Below, in pieces: positions 7,923 to 18,066 of a DNA stretch of 47,272 bases. Each line of letters starts with the position of its first letter. The stretch's first letter is position 1. The DNA comes from Spirochaetota bacterium (GTDB lineage: Bacteria > Spirochaetota > Leptospiria > Turneriellales > Turneriellaceae). The notes beneath the pieces were generated by a model. It had not been told where the DNA came from. It saw nothing but the letters and a program-made list of their open reading frames with translations, and ran no database searches. The stretch is taken from NCBI GenBank assembly GCA_963205035.1, contig CAUJII010000013.1, positions 1 to 47,272 of the forward strand, given 5' to 3'. Position numbers and translations under genes: made by a program.

Positions 7923-10349
7923 CTACATCGGCGGCGGTGTCTGTCGCGGTGCTGTCGGGTTTGTGAGATGCGTCGCATAAAAAGCTAAGCCAGACTTCTC
8001 TTGAAAAATCGTAGTGCCTTGCACGAGCGCAAGCGCCACCACCTCTTTAACATGCGAAACAAAGTGAAACTCCATTTGCTGCCGAATGCTTTGGGGAATC
8101 TCTTCGAGATCCTTTAGGTTATCTTTAGGACAAATTATGTGCGTAATTCCGCCACGGAATGCCGCGAGCACTTTTTCTTTAAGCCCGCCAATCGCCAAGA
8201 CGTTCCCGCGTAGCGTCACTTCGCCCGTCATTGCAAACTCTCCATGCACACCGTGCTGCGTAAGAGCCGAAACGATTGCGGTCACAAGTGTCACACCTGC
8301 AGAGGGGCCGTCTTTGGGGATAGCACCTTCGGGAACGTGAATGAAGATATCGTTCTTTTCAAAAAAATCGCTGCTGAGGCCCAGGTGGTGTGCCTGCGAA
8401 CGTACAAAACCCAATGCCGTCGAAGCGGATTCTTTCATCACATCGCCTAAGTTACCCGTCACGGTGAGATTTCCCTTGCCATGCGCTAAAGCTACTTCGA
8501 TATTCAGAATATCTCCGCCTGCAGAAGTCCACGCGAGGCCGCTCACTTTGCCGACCGGGTCTTCGTTTTCACGGCGCGTATAGAGATATTTTGCAGGTCC
8601 CAAATAGTTTACAATCGCCTTCTTATCGAGTGTGAAGTTTTTCTGCGTTTCGTCGGTTTCGACAATGGCGCGCGCAATTTTACGAGCAACTTGCGCAAGC
8701 TCGCGCTCAAATTGGCGCACTCCGGCCTCTTTCGTATAATGGCGAATAATGTACGCGAGGGATTTATTCGAGTACTCCAAGTTTATCGACTCGATGCCAT
8801 TTTCTTTCATTTGGCGCGGAATAAGATATTTATTCGCGATTTGGATTTTCTCCATTTCGGTGTAACCCGAAAGCGGCAAGATCTCCAGCCTGTCTAAAAG
8901 AGGTTCTGGAATCGAATGAACGACGTTTGCCGTCGCCACAAAAAGTGCCTGAGATAGATCAAACGGTAAATCCAAGTAATGGTCGTTAAATTCACGGTTC
9001 TGCTCGGGATCTAAAACCTCAAGAAGAGCTGCAGCCGGGTTGCCGCGAAAATCTGACGAAATTTTGTCGATTTCATCTAAGAGAATAACGGGGTTCTTGA
9101 CTTTAACTTTTTTTAGGGCGGCGATCAAGCGTCCCGGCATTGCGCCAATATACGTTCTCCGGTGCCCGCGAATTTCTGCCTCGTCGCGCACACCGCCCAA
9201 CGCAATGCGCACAAATTTCCTGTCGAGACTTTCGGCGAGTGCTCGTGCAAGCGAAGTCTTGCCAACTCCGGGCGGACCAGACAGACAAAGGATAGGGCCA
9301 CGAATTTCGCCCGAGAGTTTTCGCACCGCGATATATTCTAAAATTCGGTCTTTGATCTTCTCTAAACCATAGTGGCTCTCGTCTAAAATTTTTTCGGCAC
9401 GGCGTAGATCTGTGTTGTCTGTGGTCGTCTCGTTAAAAGGCAAGTCGAATAGCCAGTCGAGATAATTGCGAATAACTCCGGATTCGGCAGACATGGCCGG
9501 AGTTTTTTCCAACTTCTTAATTTCGGTCTCTGCGCGCTCACGGATTTCATCGGGCCAACTCTTCTCTTTTGCACGCCGCCGCATCGTTTCAAATTCATCG
9601 GCGTCTGTTTCGCCCATTTCTTCACGGATAACTTTGATTTGCTCTTGGAGATAATAATTGCGCTGCATCTTGTCGAGTTGTGCGCGGACCTTATCGTGTA
9701 TCTTGCCTTCGAGCTGAGAGAGCTCGACTTGATTTTCCATCGCGACGCGCACCCTCTCGACTCTTTCCCAAAGATTTTCGATGCTCAAGATTTCTTGCTG
9801 TTCGATAAACGGGACACGCAGACTCTCTGCAATCGCAAACGCGATTCGTTCTGGATTATTTTTTGCACGCAGCTCGCGCCACTGGTCGTTTGTCAAAAAG
9901 ACCTGCTGCTCGTTGATGCGCTCGAAAGAATCGATCATCTTGCCGAGTGAAGTTTGATAAAGGTGCGCCTCTTTTTCGTCTTCGGGCTCTTTCGACGGAG
10001 CAGGCGTTGCAATCGCGACTGAACATTTCTCGTCTGTACCGTCGATGTCTACCAGTTGAATCCGCTGCAAGCCCTCGAGCAAAATTTTATACGTGTTGTC
10101 GGGCATCTTCAGGAGCTGCAGAATTTCAGCCTCAACGCCAATATCGTAAAGATCGCTCAATTCGGGGACAGTAATTTCGGCGTTACGCTGCGTTGCAAGA
10201 ATGAGTCGCCGATTAGAATCCATAACACGGCGCGTCGCTTCCATCGATTTTTCGCGACCGACAAAAATAGACACGACGCTGCCCGGATAAACCACCATGT
10301 CGCGCAACGGTAGAATCGGCAGTCGGAGTGCGTTCGGCTGAGCTTGCAA
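7923..10349 (-). CDS. lon: ATP-dependent Lon protease
   Basis: LPLRDMVVYP, GPPGVGKTS, RRTYIGAMPG, PKDGPSAG (Ser) and IGGLKEK (Lys). TTG start. Confidence 0.97.
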   Translation of the reverse strand: MQAQPNALRLPILPLRDMVVYPGSVVSIFVGREKSMEATRRVMDSNRRLILATQRNAEITVPELSDLYDIGVEAEILQLLKMPDNTYKILLEGLQRIQLVDIDGTDEKCSVAIATPAPSKEPEDEKEAHLYQTSLGKMIDSFERINEQQVFLTNDQWRELRAKNNPERIAFAIAESLRVPFIEQQEILSIENLWERVERVRVAMENQVELSQLEGKIHDKVRAQLDKMQRNYYLQEQIKVIREEMGETDADEFETMRRRAKEKSWPDEIRERAETEIKKLEKTPAMSAESGVIRNYLDWLFDLPFNETTTDNTDLRRAEKILDESHYGLEKIKDRILEYIAVRKLSGEIRGPILCLSGPPGVGKTSLARALAESLDRKFVRIALGGVRDEAEIRGHRRTYIGAMPGRLIAALKKVKVKNPVILLDEIDKISSDFRGNPAAALLEVLDPEQNREFNDHYLDLPFDLSQALFVATANVVHSIPEPLLDRLEILPLSGYTEMEKIQIANKYLIPRQMKENGIESINLEYSNKSLAYIIRHYTKEAGVRQFERELAQVARKIARAIVETDETQKNFTLDKKAIVNYLGPAKYLYTRRENEDPVGKVSGLAWTSAGGDILNIEVALAHGKGNLTVTGNLGDVMKESASTALGFVRSQAHHLGLSSDFFEKNDIFIHVPEGAIPKDGPSAGVTLVTAIVSALTQHGVHGEFAMTGEVTLRGNVLAIGGLKEKVLAAFRGGITHIICPKDNLKDLEEIPQSIRQQMEFHFVSHVKEVVALALVQGTTIFQEKSGLAFYATHLTNPTAPRQTPPPM

Positions 10350-10357
10350 GATATTCC

Positions 10358-11719
10358 CTAAGCCATTTTCTCAGGCGGCATCTGGTAAGGTTTTTGTGTC
10401 GATTCTTTATTTTTCTTGCTGCGCTCTTTATCGGTTTCTGAGCGCGTGATGATGCGGGGCTTCTCGCCATTTTCGATCATTTCCTTTGTAATGATGACTT
10501 CATCGACGCCAATCATCGTAGGGATTTCAAACATGAGATCCATCATCGCGTCCTCTACAATCGCCCTGAGGCCGCGCGCACCTGTTTCGCGTTGAAGCGC
10601 TTTTTGAGCAATCGCTTGGATAGCGCCTTCTTCAAAGGTGAGAACAATCCCTTCGAGTTCAAAAATTTTCTTGTATTGCTTAACGAGCGCATTGCGCGGT
10701 TCGGTCAAAATCTTGACCATCGAAACTTCGTCGAGGTTGTCGAGAGAGCGGATAATCGGCAACCGCCCGATAAACTCAGGGATCAAGCCATATTTCATCA
10801 AGTCATCGGGCGTTACTTGGCGCAGATACTCCGCCGTCTTGTCTTTGCGCTTAGGTGCCTTGAAGTCAAACCCCAGAGACGACTTTTCGACACGGCGAGA
10901 GATTATTTTTTCTAACCCCTCGAATGCGCCGCCGCAAATAAAAAGAATGTTCCGCGTATCGATTTGAATAAAATCTTGGTGCGGATGTTTGCGTCCACCG
11001 ACCGGGGGAACACTCGCCACAGTGCCTTCGATTATCTTGAGGAGCGCTTGCTGCACGCCTTCCCCTGAAACGTCGCGTGTGATCGACGGGTTATCGGATT
11101 TGCGCGCAATTTTATCGATTTCGTCGATATAGATGATGCCTGTCTGCGCTTTCTCAACGTTCGCCTCTGAGTTTTGATAAAGCCTCAGCAAAATATTTTC
11201 GACGTCTTCACCGACATACCCCGCTTCGGTGAGTGCCGTTGCATCGACCAATGCGCAGGGGACTTGCAAAATACGCGCAAGCGTCTGCGCTAAGAAGGTT
11301 TTGCCCGAGCCTGTGGGACCAATGAGTAGAATGTTGGATTTATCAATCTCAACGCCTGCCGTGTCCGCATTGGCGTGTTTACGAACAAACTTACCGCCAG
11401 TCTTAGCCGCTTGGTCTTTGTCGTATTGCAACCGTTTATAGTGGTTGTAGACAGCAACGGAAAGAGCCCGCTTGGCTGCGTCTTGGCCTATGACATATTC
11501 ATCGAGTATCTTTTTGATCTCCGCCGGTTTGAGTAGCTTTGGCTGCGCAATGGGCGGTGCCTGCTTTTCTAAATCGTCGGCTAAGATGCCGTTGCACAGT
11601 TGCACGCACTCGTCGCAAATATGCACTCCCGGCCCCGCAATGAGCCGATTCACTTTCGCTTGCTCTTTTCCGCAAAAGGAACAATGATTTCCCGAATCGT
11701 ATGAGCGTCTGTCTGCCAT
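10358..11719 (-). CDS. clpX: ATP-dependent Clp protease ATP-binding subunit ClpX
   Basis: CSFCGK...CDEC zinc finger, [22 protein letters not shown] loop, LGF loop and TGARGLR. Confidence 0.98.
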   Translation of the reverse strand: MADRRSYDSGNHCSFCGKEQAKVNRLIAGPGVHICDECVQLCNGILADDLEKQAPPIAQPKLLKPAEIKKILDEYVIGQDAAKRALSVAVYNHYKRLQYDKDQAAKTGGKFVRKHANADTAGVEIDKSNILLIGPTGSGKTFLAQTLARILQVPCALVDATALTEAGYVGEDVENILLRLYQNSEANVEKAQTGIIYIDEIDKIARKSDNPSITRDVSGEGVQQALLKIIEGTVASVPPVGGRKHPHQDFIQIDTRNILFICGGAFEGLEKIISRRVEKSSLGFDFKAPKRKDKTAEYLRQVTPDDLMKYGLIPEFIGRLPIIRSLDNLDEVSMVKILTEPRNALVKQYKKIFELEGIVLTFEEGAIQAIAQKALQRETGARGLRAIVEDAMMDLMFEIPTMIGVDEVIITKEMIENGEKPRIITRSETDKERSKKNKESTQKPYQMPPEKMA

Positions 11720-11742
11720 AGAACCTCTCTATATATTATCGT

Positions 11743-12351
11743 TTAACTTGCAATTTCTTTAGACCCATTTTCACGCGCTGAAATCACATAATCAATAAGC
11801 CCCCACTTCACGGCTTCTGTGCCGTCCATGTAAAGGTCGCGCTCCGTTTCTTGTTCAATCTTTTCAAGAGTCAGTCCAGTATGCTTCTGGTAGAGTCCGT
11901 TCAAAGTGTCGCGTATGCGTAAGACTTCGCGTGCCTGAATTTCGATATCCGCCGCCTGCCCAGAAGCGCCACCCATCGGCTGGTGGAGCAAGATGCGCGA
12001 ATGCGGGAGCGCAGAGCGTTTCCCTTTCGCGCCTGCGGCTAAAATCAGCGCGGCAATGTTCGACGCCTGCCCAGTGCACACAGTGCGCACTTCCGGCCGG
12101 ATCAGTTGAATCGTGTCGTAGATAGCAAGCCCCGAAGATACATAACCGCCAGGGGAATTGATATAAAGATAGATATCTTTTTCGGGGTCTTCGGATTCTA
12201 AAAAAAGTAGCTGCGCAATCACAACGTTCGCATACGCATCGTCGATGGGAAACCCCATGAAGACAATGCGGTCTTTAAGTAGGCGCGAGTAAATGTCGTA
12301 GTGTCTTTCGCCTCGGTTTGTTTGTTCAATTACAATAGGTGCGTATGCCAT
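11743..12351 (-). CDS. clpP: ClpP-family proteolytic subunit, nucleophile position apparently Ser->Asn
   Basis: [23 protein letters not shown] and ERD motifs. GQASNIAA replaces the usual GQAASMGA / GQASSMAA. Confidence 0.93.
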   Translation of the reverse strand: MAYAPIVIEQTNRGERHYDIYSRLLKDRIVFMGFPIDDAYANVVIAQLLFLESEDPEKDIYLYINSPGGYVSSGLAIYDTIQLIRPEVRTVCTGQASNIAALILAAGAKGKRSALPHSRILLHQPMGGASGQAADIEIQAREVLRIRDTLNGLYQKHTGLTLEKIEQETERDLYMDGTEAVKWGLIDYVISARENGSKEIAS

Positions 12352-12360
12352 ATTTTCTCC

Positions 12361-13641
12361 TCAAATGTGCCGGGAATGAATAACTTTCTTTTTTGGAAAT
12401 AGGTCGTCCACCACAGTATGCACAATCTGGCGGCTAACGCCCAATCTTTGGTTGAAGTATGTTCTCAGTGCGCTGCTTAATTTGGTGCGTCGCGCAAGAG
12501 TTTCTGCAAGAACTTTCTCGAACGCTGCAGCGTCCGAAACCGGGATAACTCCCACAAGACCTTGAGATGCCAACTCGCAAGCCTCGGGCGAATTTTGAAT
12601 CGCGGGGCCCGTCAAGATCGGAACCCCAGCAACCGCAGGCTCGATGACAGAATGGATCGAGCCCTCGAAACCGCCGCCGACAAAGGCCGCGCGAGCCAGC
12701 GGGTAGAGGTGCGGCAGAACGCCCAACGAATCAACGATAAGCACATCGACGCTCTCGCCTTGGTATGCACTCGCCCTCTTCGCGCTCACGCCAGATGCGC
12801 TGCACAGAGTCTCCAAGCCAGCGAGGCGCGCGGCCTCAATATGGTGGGGTGCTATGATCATAAAAAATTTGCGCTGCGCAGATTCCTGTGCAGTCCTCAA
12901 AAAATCGATAAGCATTTTTTCAGAAGCGGTGTATGTCGACCCCGCAACCAGAATCACTTTTTTTTGTGCATTGCGTTGAATCCTCTTTATGAGTTGCTCT
13001 TCTCTGTTTTTTTCTTTAAGACGCAGCGCTATCGCGTCGAAGCGCGTATCGCCAGAAACAAGCACGTTTTCGGGCGAGATGAGTTCCAGACGTGCTGCGT
13101 GGTCGGCGTTCACGGCAAAAATTCTCTGCATCGCGCGGTAGGTCTGCGCCAAGAAAAACCGCCAGGGCCAGCGGTAACGCAGCGACTTTTTGGGCAGCGT
13201 CGCCGAAATTAGATAGATGGGAATTTTTGCGTCCTTCGCAGCGCGCACCTGATTGGGCCAAGCGTCATATTTTGCGATGAATAGCGCTGTGGGCTGCATC
13301 GAGCGAACCAAACGGCGCATCGTCCACGAAAAATCAAAAGGCAGCGCGAATAAAATATCGGGAACGCTGTCGTTCTTCTTTGCGCGCAGAGCACTATCGG
13401 AAAAATAACTAAACGATAAAAACGCATCTTTATAGAGTTTTTTTAATTCCACGGCAACGGCGCGCGCTTGTTCAAATTCTCCCGCAGACGCCGCATGAAA
13501 CCAGAAATGTTTTTTGCCGTGAGCTTTCGTAAAATCGAGCGGCTCTTTGCGCAAGATAAAATTTTCTTTGAGTCGTTTTTGAAAAAGAGATATGAACCGC
13601 AGCAGAGGATAAAGAATTAGAAGTGCGGCATTGTAAACCAC
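12361..13641 (-). CDS. waaA: Kdo transferase (WaaA/KdtA)-like glycosyltransferase
   Basis: WFHAASAGEFEQ, LPFD, WPN, GDTRFD, VAGST, FVGGGF and HSVIEPA motifs. Confidence 0.85.
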   Translation of the reverse strand: MVYNAALLILYPLLRFISLFQKRLKENFILRKEPLDFTKAHGKKHFWFHAASAGEFEQARAVAVELKKLYKDAFLSFSYFSDSALRAKKNDSVPDILFALPFDFSWTMRRLVRSMQPTALFIAKYDAWPNQVRAAKDAKIPIYLISATLPKKSLRYRWPWRFFLAQTYRAMQRIFAVNADHAARLELISPENVLVSGDTRFDAIALRLKEKNREEQLIKRIQRNAQKKVILVAGSTYTASEKMLIDFLRTAQESAQRKFFMIIAPHHIEAARLAGLETLCSASGVSAKRASAYQGESVDVLIVDSLGVLPHLYPLARAAFVGGGFEGSIHSVIEPAVAGVPILTGPAIQNSPEACELASQGLVGVIPVSDAAAFEKVLAETLARRTKLSSALRTYFNQRLGVSRQIVHTVVDDLFPKKKVIHSRHI

Positions 13642-13646
13642 GGTGA

Positions 13647-13913
13647 TTACAGAATGTGAAACCCTTCTTCATCGGGCACATCGTAAAGATTGCGTATTTC
13701 GATCGATTCTACGGCAGCGTGCTGCGGGCCTTGGCGTAAATCGTTCTCCCAGGCTTTGAGCGCATCGTCACTGGCCTGCCCTTCTGCCGCCACTCGACCG
13801 TCGGATAAGTTCTTAACCCAGCCGATGATGCCGTGCTTTTGAGCGCTCTCACGCGCGAATTGTCGAAAACCAACCTGTTGTACTTTTCCCGTTATCCAAA
13901 AACAACGCCGCAT
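13647..13913 (-). CDS. acyP: Acylphosphatase
   Basis: GKVQQVGFR, GWVKNLSDGRV and GP..A.V motifs. Confidence 0.92.
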   Translation of the reverse strand: MRRCFWITGKVQQVGFRQFARESAQKHGIIGWVKNLSDGRVAAEGQASDDALKAWENDLRQGPQHAAVESIEIRNLYDVPDEEGFHIL

Positions 13914-14938
13914 TATCTCACTCCATTCTGTGCAAAACGAATTTTTTTCGCAGACGCCAAAGAAAGCGCTTCTTTCAAAATACGTGTGCGCGCGCTGTCA
14001 ATGCTATCGAGCCTCGTTGTGCGTATCTCAACCATGGCACTCGCAATGCTGCCTGCACGCTTCAAAGGAAGCTTGCCCAAGATCCGTTTTCTTTCGGCTT
14101 GGTCTGTCGCCTTGAGCGCACGCGCCCACAGTGTTTCGTCCGGCAATCTGCTAAAAAGCAATCTAAAATCGCGCGCATTGAGCTCGACTAAGTCTTCAAA
14201 CGCATAGCGCGTGCTTTCGAGTTTCTCGGCAAGCGCGCCATCTGTTTCGGCGACCGCGTCTGTAATCCGCAGCGCCTCTTCGCCGTCCATTAGCTTCAAA
14301 ATATCGTTGATGTGCTTGATCCCGCCCGAGCGTTCGACATACATCGACTTCGTTTCGGCGAGCTTTTTAGCAACCGCCTTCCCTATCGAAACCAATGCTT
14401 CACTGACAATTTTTCTCTCGCTTGCCATCGCGCGCACAACTTCGGCTCTCTTGAGCGAAGGCATCGCCTTCAAGACCTGCGAAGCCAGACGTTTGCTCAG
14501 CTGAAGCAGAACCACCGCCACAGTTGCGGGGCTCTCAGCGGCGAGACTTTCCGCGATAGTTTCCGGCGCATACTCTTCAAACGAGAGAAAGAGCGTATGG
14601 ATTTCTTTTGCTTCACGGATATGCCGCAAGCGGAGAATTTTTCTCTCGTCTTTTTCGGGTAAAAAGTCTTCTGCTTGAAATTCGTTATCCGGTTCAGCCG
14701 AAGGCGCACCCTCTTCTGCGCTTGCAGCACCTGCGAGTAACGCCATGAGCTTTTGCTTTTGGGGCGGAGAAAGCGTAACAAAGAGTTGCGCACGGGCTCG
14801 CTCAGGCATGTTCTCGTAAATTTTTAGAAACTCTTCTTTGCTCATGCGCTCGGCAAAAACAAGCGCGTTCTTTTCGGGATTATGTCTCTTCTTGGAATTG
14901 CCAAGAAGAGCCGATAGTGCCTTTTTCCAAAACGCCAT
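13913..14938 (-). CDS. FliG middle/C-terminal domain protein (divergent FliG paralog)
   Basis: LAAESPATVAVVL (EHPQ-like), LASQVL, GG linker SGGIKHINDIL, YAFEDL (MFxFEDL-like) and ARALK. Confidence 0.75.
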   Translation of the reverse strand: MAFWKKALSALLGNSKKRHNPEKNALVFAERMSKEEFLKIYENMPERARAQLFVTLSPPQKQKLMALLAGAASAEEGAPSAEPDNEFQAEDFLPEKDERKILRLRHIREAKEIHTLFLSFEEYAPETIAESLAAESPATVAVVLLQLSKRLASQVLKAMPSLKRAEVVRAMASERKIVSEALVSIGKAVAKKLAETKSMYVERSGGIKHINDILKLMDGEEALRITDAVAETDGALAEKLESTRYAFEDLVELNARDFRLLFSRLPDETLWARALKATDQAERKRILGKLPLKRAGSIASAMVEIRTTRLDSIDSARTRILKEALSLASAKKIRFAQNGVR

Positions 14939-14942
14939 AATT

Positions 14943-15269
14943 CTATTTTAGCGCATCGTCTTCAGAAGCGTAAATATCGAACATGTCCATGAGTTCTACA
15001 ACTTCAAATATTTTCTTTACCGCAACATTCATGTTGCAGAGTTTCATCTTGCGGTTACGCGTTTTGAGATGCCGCATGAGCGCCACCAGTACGCGTAGTC
15101 CACTCGAAGACATGTATTCGATACCTTCGAGGTTCAACACGAAATCAGAATCAGGGTTCTTTTCGCTAAGCAGCATCAAATCTTTTTCAATTTCACCGCT
15201 TATATGGACATCGAGCCTTCCTTTCAAATAAGCCACGATAAAATTACCGACTTCTTTTGTTCGTAACAT
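14943..15269 (-). CDS. STAS anti-anti-sigma factor
   Basis: LKGRLD, NLEGIEYMSSSGLRVL (phospho-Ser motif) and VKKIFEVVEL. Confidence 0.93.
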   Translation of the reverse strand: MLRTKEVGNFIVAYLKGRLDVHISGEIEKDLMLLSEKNPDSDFVLNLEGIEYMSSSGLRVLVALMRHLKTRNRKMKLCNMNVAVKKIFEVVELMDMFDIYASEDDALK

Positions 15270-15276
15270 TTCTACC

Positions 15277-15702
15277 CTAAACCTCTTTTTCTAACCTCGT
15301 AACGTTAAAGTGTCGTCTTGCACTGTAAACAATTTTATCAACCAACCGCTGCATCAAAAACACACCAAAACCACCGCGCCGCTCGCCCGCAAGATTTTGA
15401 TTCACATCTGGAGGCTTCACCTTCCGTATATCGAAGTGCTCGCCAGCATCAAAAAACGTCGCCGTCACTTTGTTCTTTTTGTACTTGAGAGATACCGCAA
15501 AATAGAGCTTGGGTCCCTTGTGGCAGCCCTTCACTCCCAATGCATGCTCGACGATGTTACTCGCTGCTTCGTCGCAAGCAAGCACAATATCGTCACGCAT
15601 CGCCGCAGACACGCCTTTGGCTTCGAGTGTCGTCTCGATGAAATCGTGCACTGCAGAAATTGCGGCAGGCTCTGCAACAAAGTCTCTTCGCCAAGGTTTC
15701 AT
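15277..15702 (-). CDS. RsbW/SpoIIAB-type anti-sigma factor Ser kinase
   Basis: LACDEAASNIVEHA (N box), DAGEHFD and GGFGVFLMQRLVD. Confidence 0.9.
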   Translation of the reverse strand: MKPWRRDFVAEPAAISAVHDFIETTLEAKGVSAAMRDDIVLACDEAASNIVEHALGVKGCHKGPKLYFAVSLKYKKNKVTATFFDAGEHFDIRKVKPPDVNQNLAGERRGGFGVFLMQRLVDKIVYSARRHFNVTRLEKEV

Positions 15703-18065
15703 TTGAGTATTTTCACCACCATGAGCGTGAAATCGTCGTATTGCGGCTCGCTCCCCTCGAAAGCCTGAACTTCTCGAAAAATTTTCTTCGCGAGTTGATC
15801 GGCACTTAAAAGCATGTTATCTTTAATGATTTGACAAAAGCGTTCCAGGCCAAATTCTTCTTTACGGCTATTTATGGCCTCCACCGCACCGTCGGTATAA
15901 AGCACCAAAATATCTCCCTCTGCTAAAAAAGCTTTTCCTTCGCCATAAGGGCCATGGAGTTCTGAATCGACGACACCCAACGGCCGGCCACGCGAGCCTA
16001 ACATTTCAAACTGTTGCGTATCGTGCCTAAAAATAAGTTGCTCGTTATGCCCTCCCGACGAATAGTGGAGCAATCTTTCGGGCGCATTGTAATACGTATA
16101 AAAGATTGTAACAAAAATTCCCGACTTACTGTCCTGGTAGATAAGTTCATTGGCCTTTTGCAAGACCTTTGCAGGGTATTTTATTTCGCGTCCATAAGTA
16201 CGAATTATCGAACTCGTAACCGCCATAAAAAGCGCGGCGGGCAGACTCTTGCCGCTCACGTCGGCGACAAGGAACGCAAATTGATCTTCTTCAAAAGTTA
16301 AAAAATCGTAAAAATCTCCACCCATCTGTTTTGCAGGCTCGGAGACGACCGCCATATCGAACCATGACGAAGTTTGAAAATGCGTCGGTAGAATCGATTT
16401 TTGGATTGTCGATGTAATCTCGAGTTCTTTTTCATACGACCGCTTCTCTAACATCTCATCGAGCAGTCGGAAGTTCTGAATGCTGCGCGTCATTTGACTA
16501 CCGATTGTAGAAACCAAGCGCAAATCCTCGTCTGTAAAATCAGACCCCATCGGCGACTGCCTATCCGAAATATTTAAGACGCCATAGATTGTGTCGCCAT
16601 GCAAGAGCGGCTGAATAATACAACCGCCAGAATGGTAGCGCTCAAAATCGCGGTAAGTTGCGAAGGGGGACTTCTCGAGGTTGTTTGTATAAATCGTCTT
16701 GCGCTCTTCAAACGCCCGGCCAGCAAGAGAACCGCGCAGCGGAACAAATGCTCGCTCAAGCTGCGATAAAGCGAGCCCGTGATGTGAAATAATTTCGAGC
16801 GCGTCGCGTTCCGGCTCATAAATCATGATTGAAACGCGGTCTGCCTGCATTTCGTCGGCAATGATGCGTACAATCGAGTCGAATAAATCTTTCTCGTTCA
16901 AGGTTGACATCATTACTTTACTGATCTCGTGCAGGCTCGAGAGTTCGTGGACCTTCTTCTTTAGTTCACGGTTGATGTCTTTGAGAGAATCGATGAGCTC
17001 GCGGTTATGGATCGCAAGCGCTGCTTGCTCTGAAAAAGTATTAAAAAGTTCAAGGTCCTTCTCAGTGAACTCGCTGCGCCCAATCGAGTTGATGACCTCA
17101 ATGACGCCGATAATTTTATTGCGCACCATAAGAGGTGTTGCAATCATATTTTTTGTTACGAAATTGATTTTTTCATCAGCAGCCTTGAAAACGCGTGGGT
17201 CGTTTTGTGCATCGTTGACGACCAGCGACTTGCTTGTTTCAGCGACAAGACCTGCAATACCAACCCCCATGGGGATGCGCATTTCTCGCAAATCTCTGTC
17301 TTTTTCACCTGAGATGATATTGAAAAAAAGCTCGTTCGTCTTTTTATCGATGAGCATGAGCGACGACGCTTCAGCCTTCAAGACAATCTTCGCAGAATCC
17401 ATGATCGATTCGAGAAGGCTGTTGAGGTCCAAGGTCGAATTGATCATCTTCGACACCTTGATCATCTCAGAGAGGAGGAAATTGTTGTCTAAATTCTTTC
17501 GGTAGAGATATAAGTTTTCAAAGACGGTCACCAAACTTCCGCTAAAGCGCACAAGAAGCGACGATTTCTCAGGGGAAGTCAAAGTGCTCGTCAAGAGCCG
17601 CGAAAATGTCTTTGCAAAGGTCGATGCAAGATTTACATCCTCGTCGGTAAAATTTTTCTGATCGTTTTTTGTGCTCCATAAAAGCGATCCCAAATAAACA
17701 CCCTGCCCCGCCGAAAGCGGTGAAACGATATACGAAGTCGCCGCATTGTCTAATGGAAGCTGTTTTCTATCGTAAACACGCTGCCCCTCTTCCAGAAGAA
17801 GAGTTGTTCCCTCTTCGAGGCAGCGTTGCATGAGATTCTTCTCTAAAAGCGAAAGTGGATTTTCACTGAATCGGTAGGTCTTCACACCGTCTTCGGTGCG
17901 TAGCGCAAGATAACAATTCTTAGCCTGCAAGAGCGAGCATGCTGCGCGGAGAATATAACGCGCCGCTCGACCCAGCTCATCGTTTACGCTCACAAAAACT
18001 CGACTGTCTTTTTCAGAAACGAGTTCTAAAGGCGCGAGTGTACTGGTGAGCGTTCCCGATTCCAT
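15699..18065 (-). CDS. GAF-domain SpoIIE/RsbU-type PP2C phosphatase
   Basis: Two clear GAF domains plus a degenerate N-terminal one; GGDFYD, ADVSGKS, LYTDG and YDDFT motifs. Confidence 0.93.
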   Translation of the reverse strand: MESGTLTSTLAPLELVSEKDSRVFVSVNDELGRAARYILRAACSLLQAKNCYLALRTEDGVKTYRFSENPLSLLEKNLMQRCLEEGTTLLLEEGQRVYDRKQLPLDNAATSYIVSPLSAGQGVYLGSLLWSTKNDQKNFTDEDVNLASTFAKTFSRLLTSTLTSPEKSSLLVRFSGSLVTVFENLYLYRKNLDNNFLLSEMIKVSKMINSTLDLNSLLESIMDSAKIVLKAEASSLMLIDKKTNELFFNIISGEKDRDLREMRIPMGVGIAGLVAETSKSLVVNDAQNDPRVFKAADEKINFVTKNMIATPLMVRNKIIGVIEVINSIGRSEFTEKDLELFNTFSEQAALAIHNRELIDSLKDINRELKKKVHELSSLHEISKVMMSTLNEKDLFDSIVRIIADEMQADRVSIMIYEPERDALEIISHHGLALSQLERAFVPLRGSLAGRAFEERKTIYTNNLEKSPFATYRDFERYHSGGCIIQPLLHGDTIYGVLNISDRQSPMGSDFTDEDLRLVSTIGSQMTRSIQNFRLLDEMLEKRSYEKELEITSTIQKSILPTHFQTSSWFDMAVVSEPAKQMGGDFYDFLTFEEDQFAFLVADVSGKSLPAALFMAVTSSIIRTYGREIKYPAKVLQKANELIYQDSKSGIFVTIFYTYYNAPERLLHYSSGGHNEQLIFRHDTQQFEMLGSRGRPLGVVDSELHGPYGEGKAFLAEGDILVLYTDGAVEAINSRKEEFGLERFCQIIKDNMLLSADQLAKKIFREVQAFEGSEPQYDDFTLMVVKILK

Positions 18066-18066
18066 A

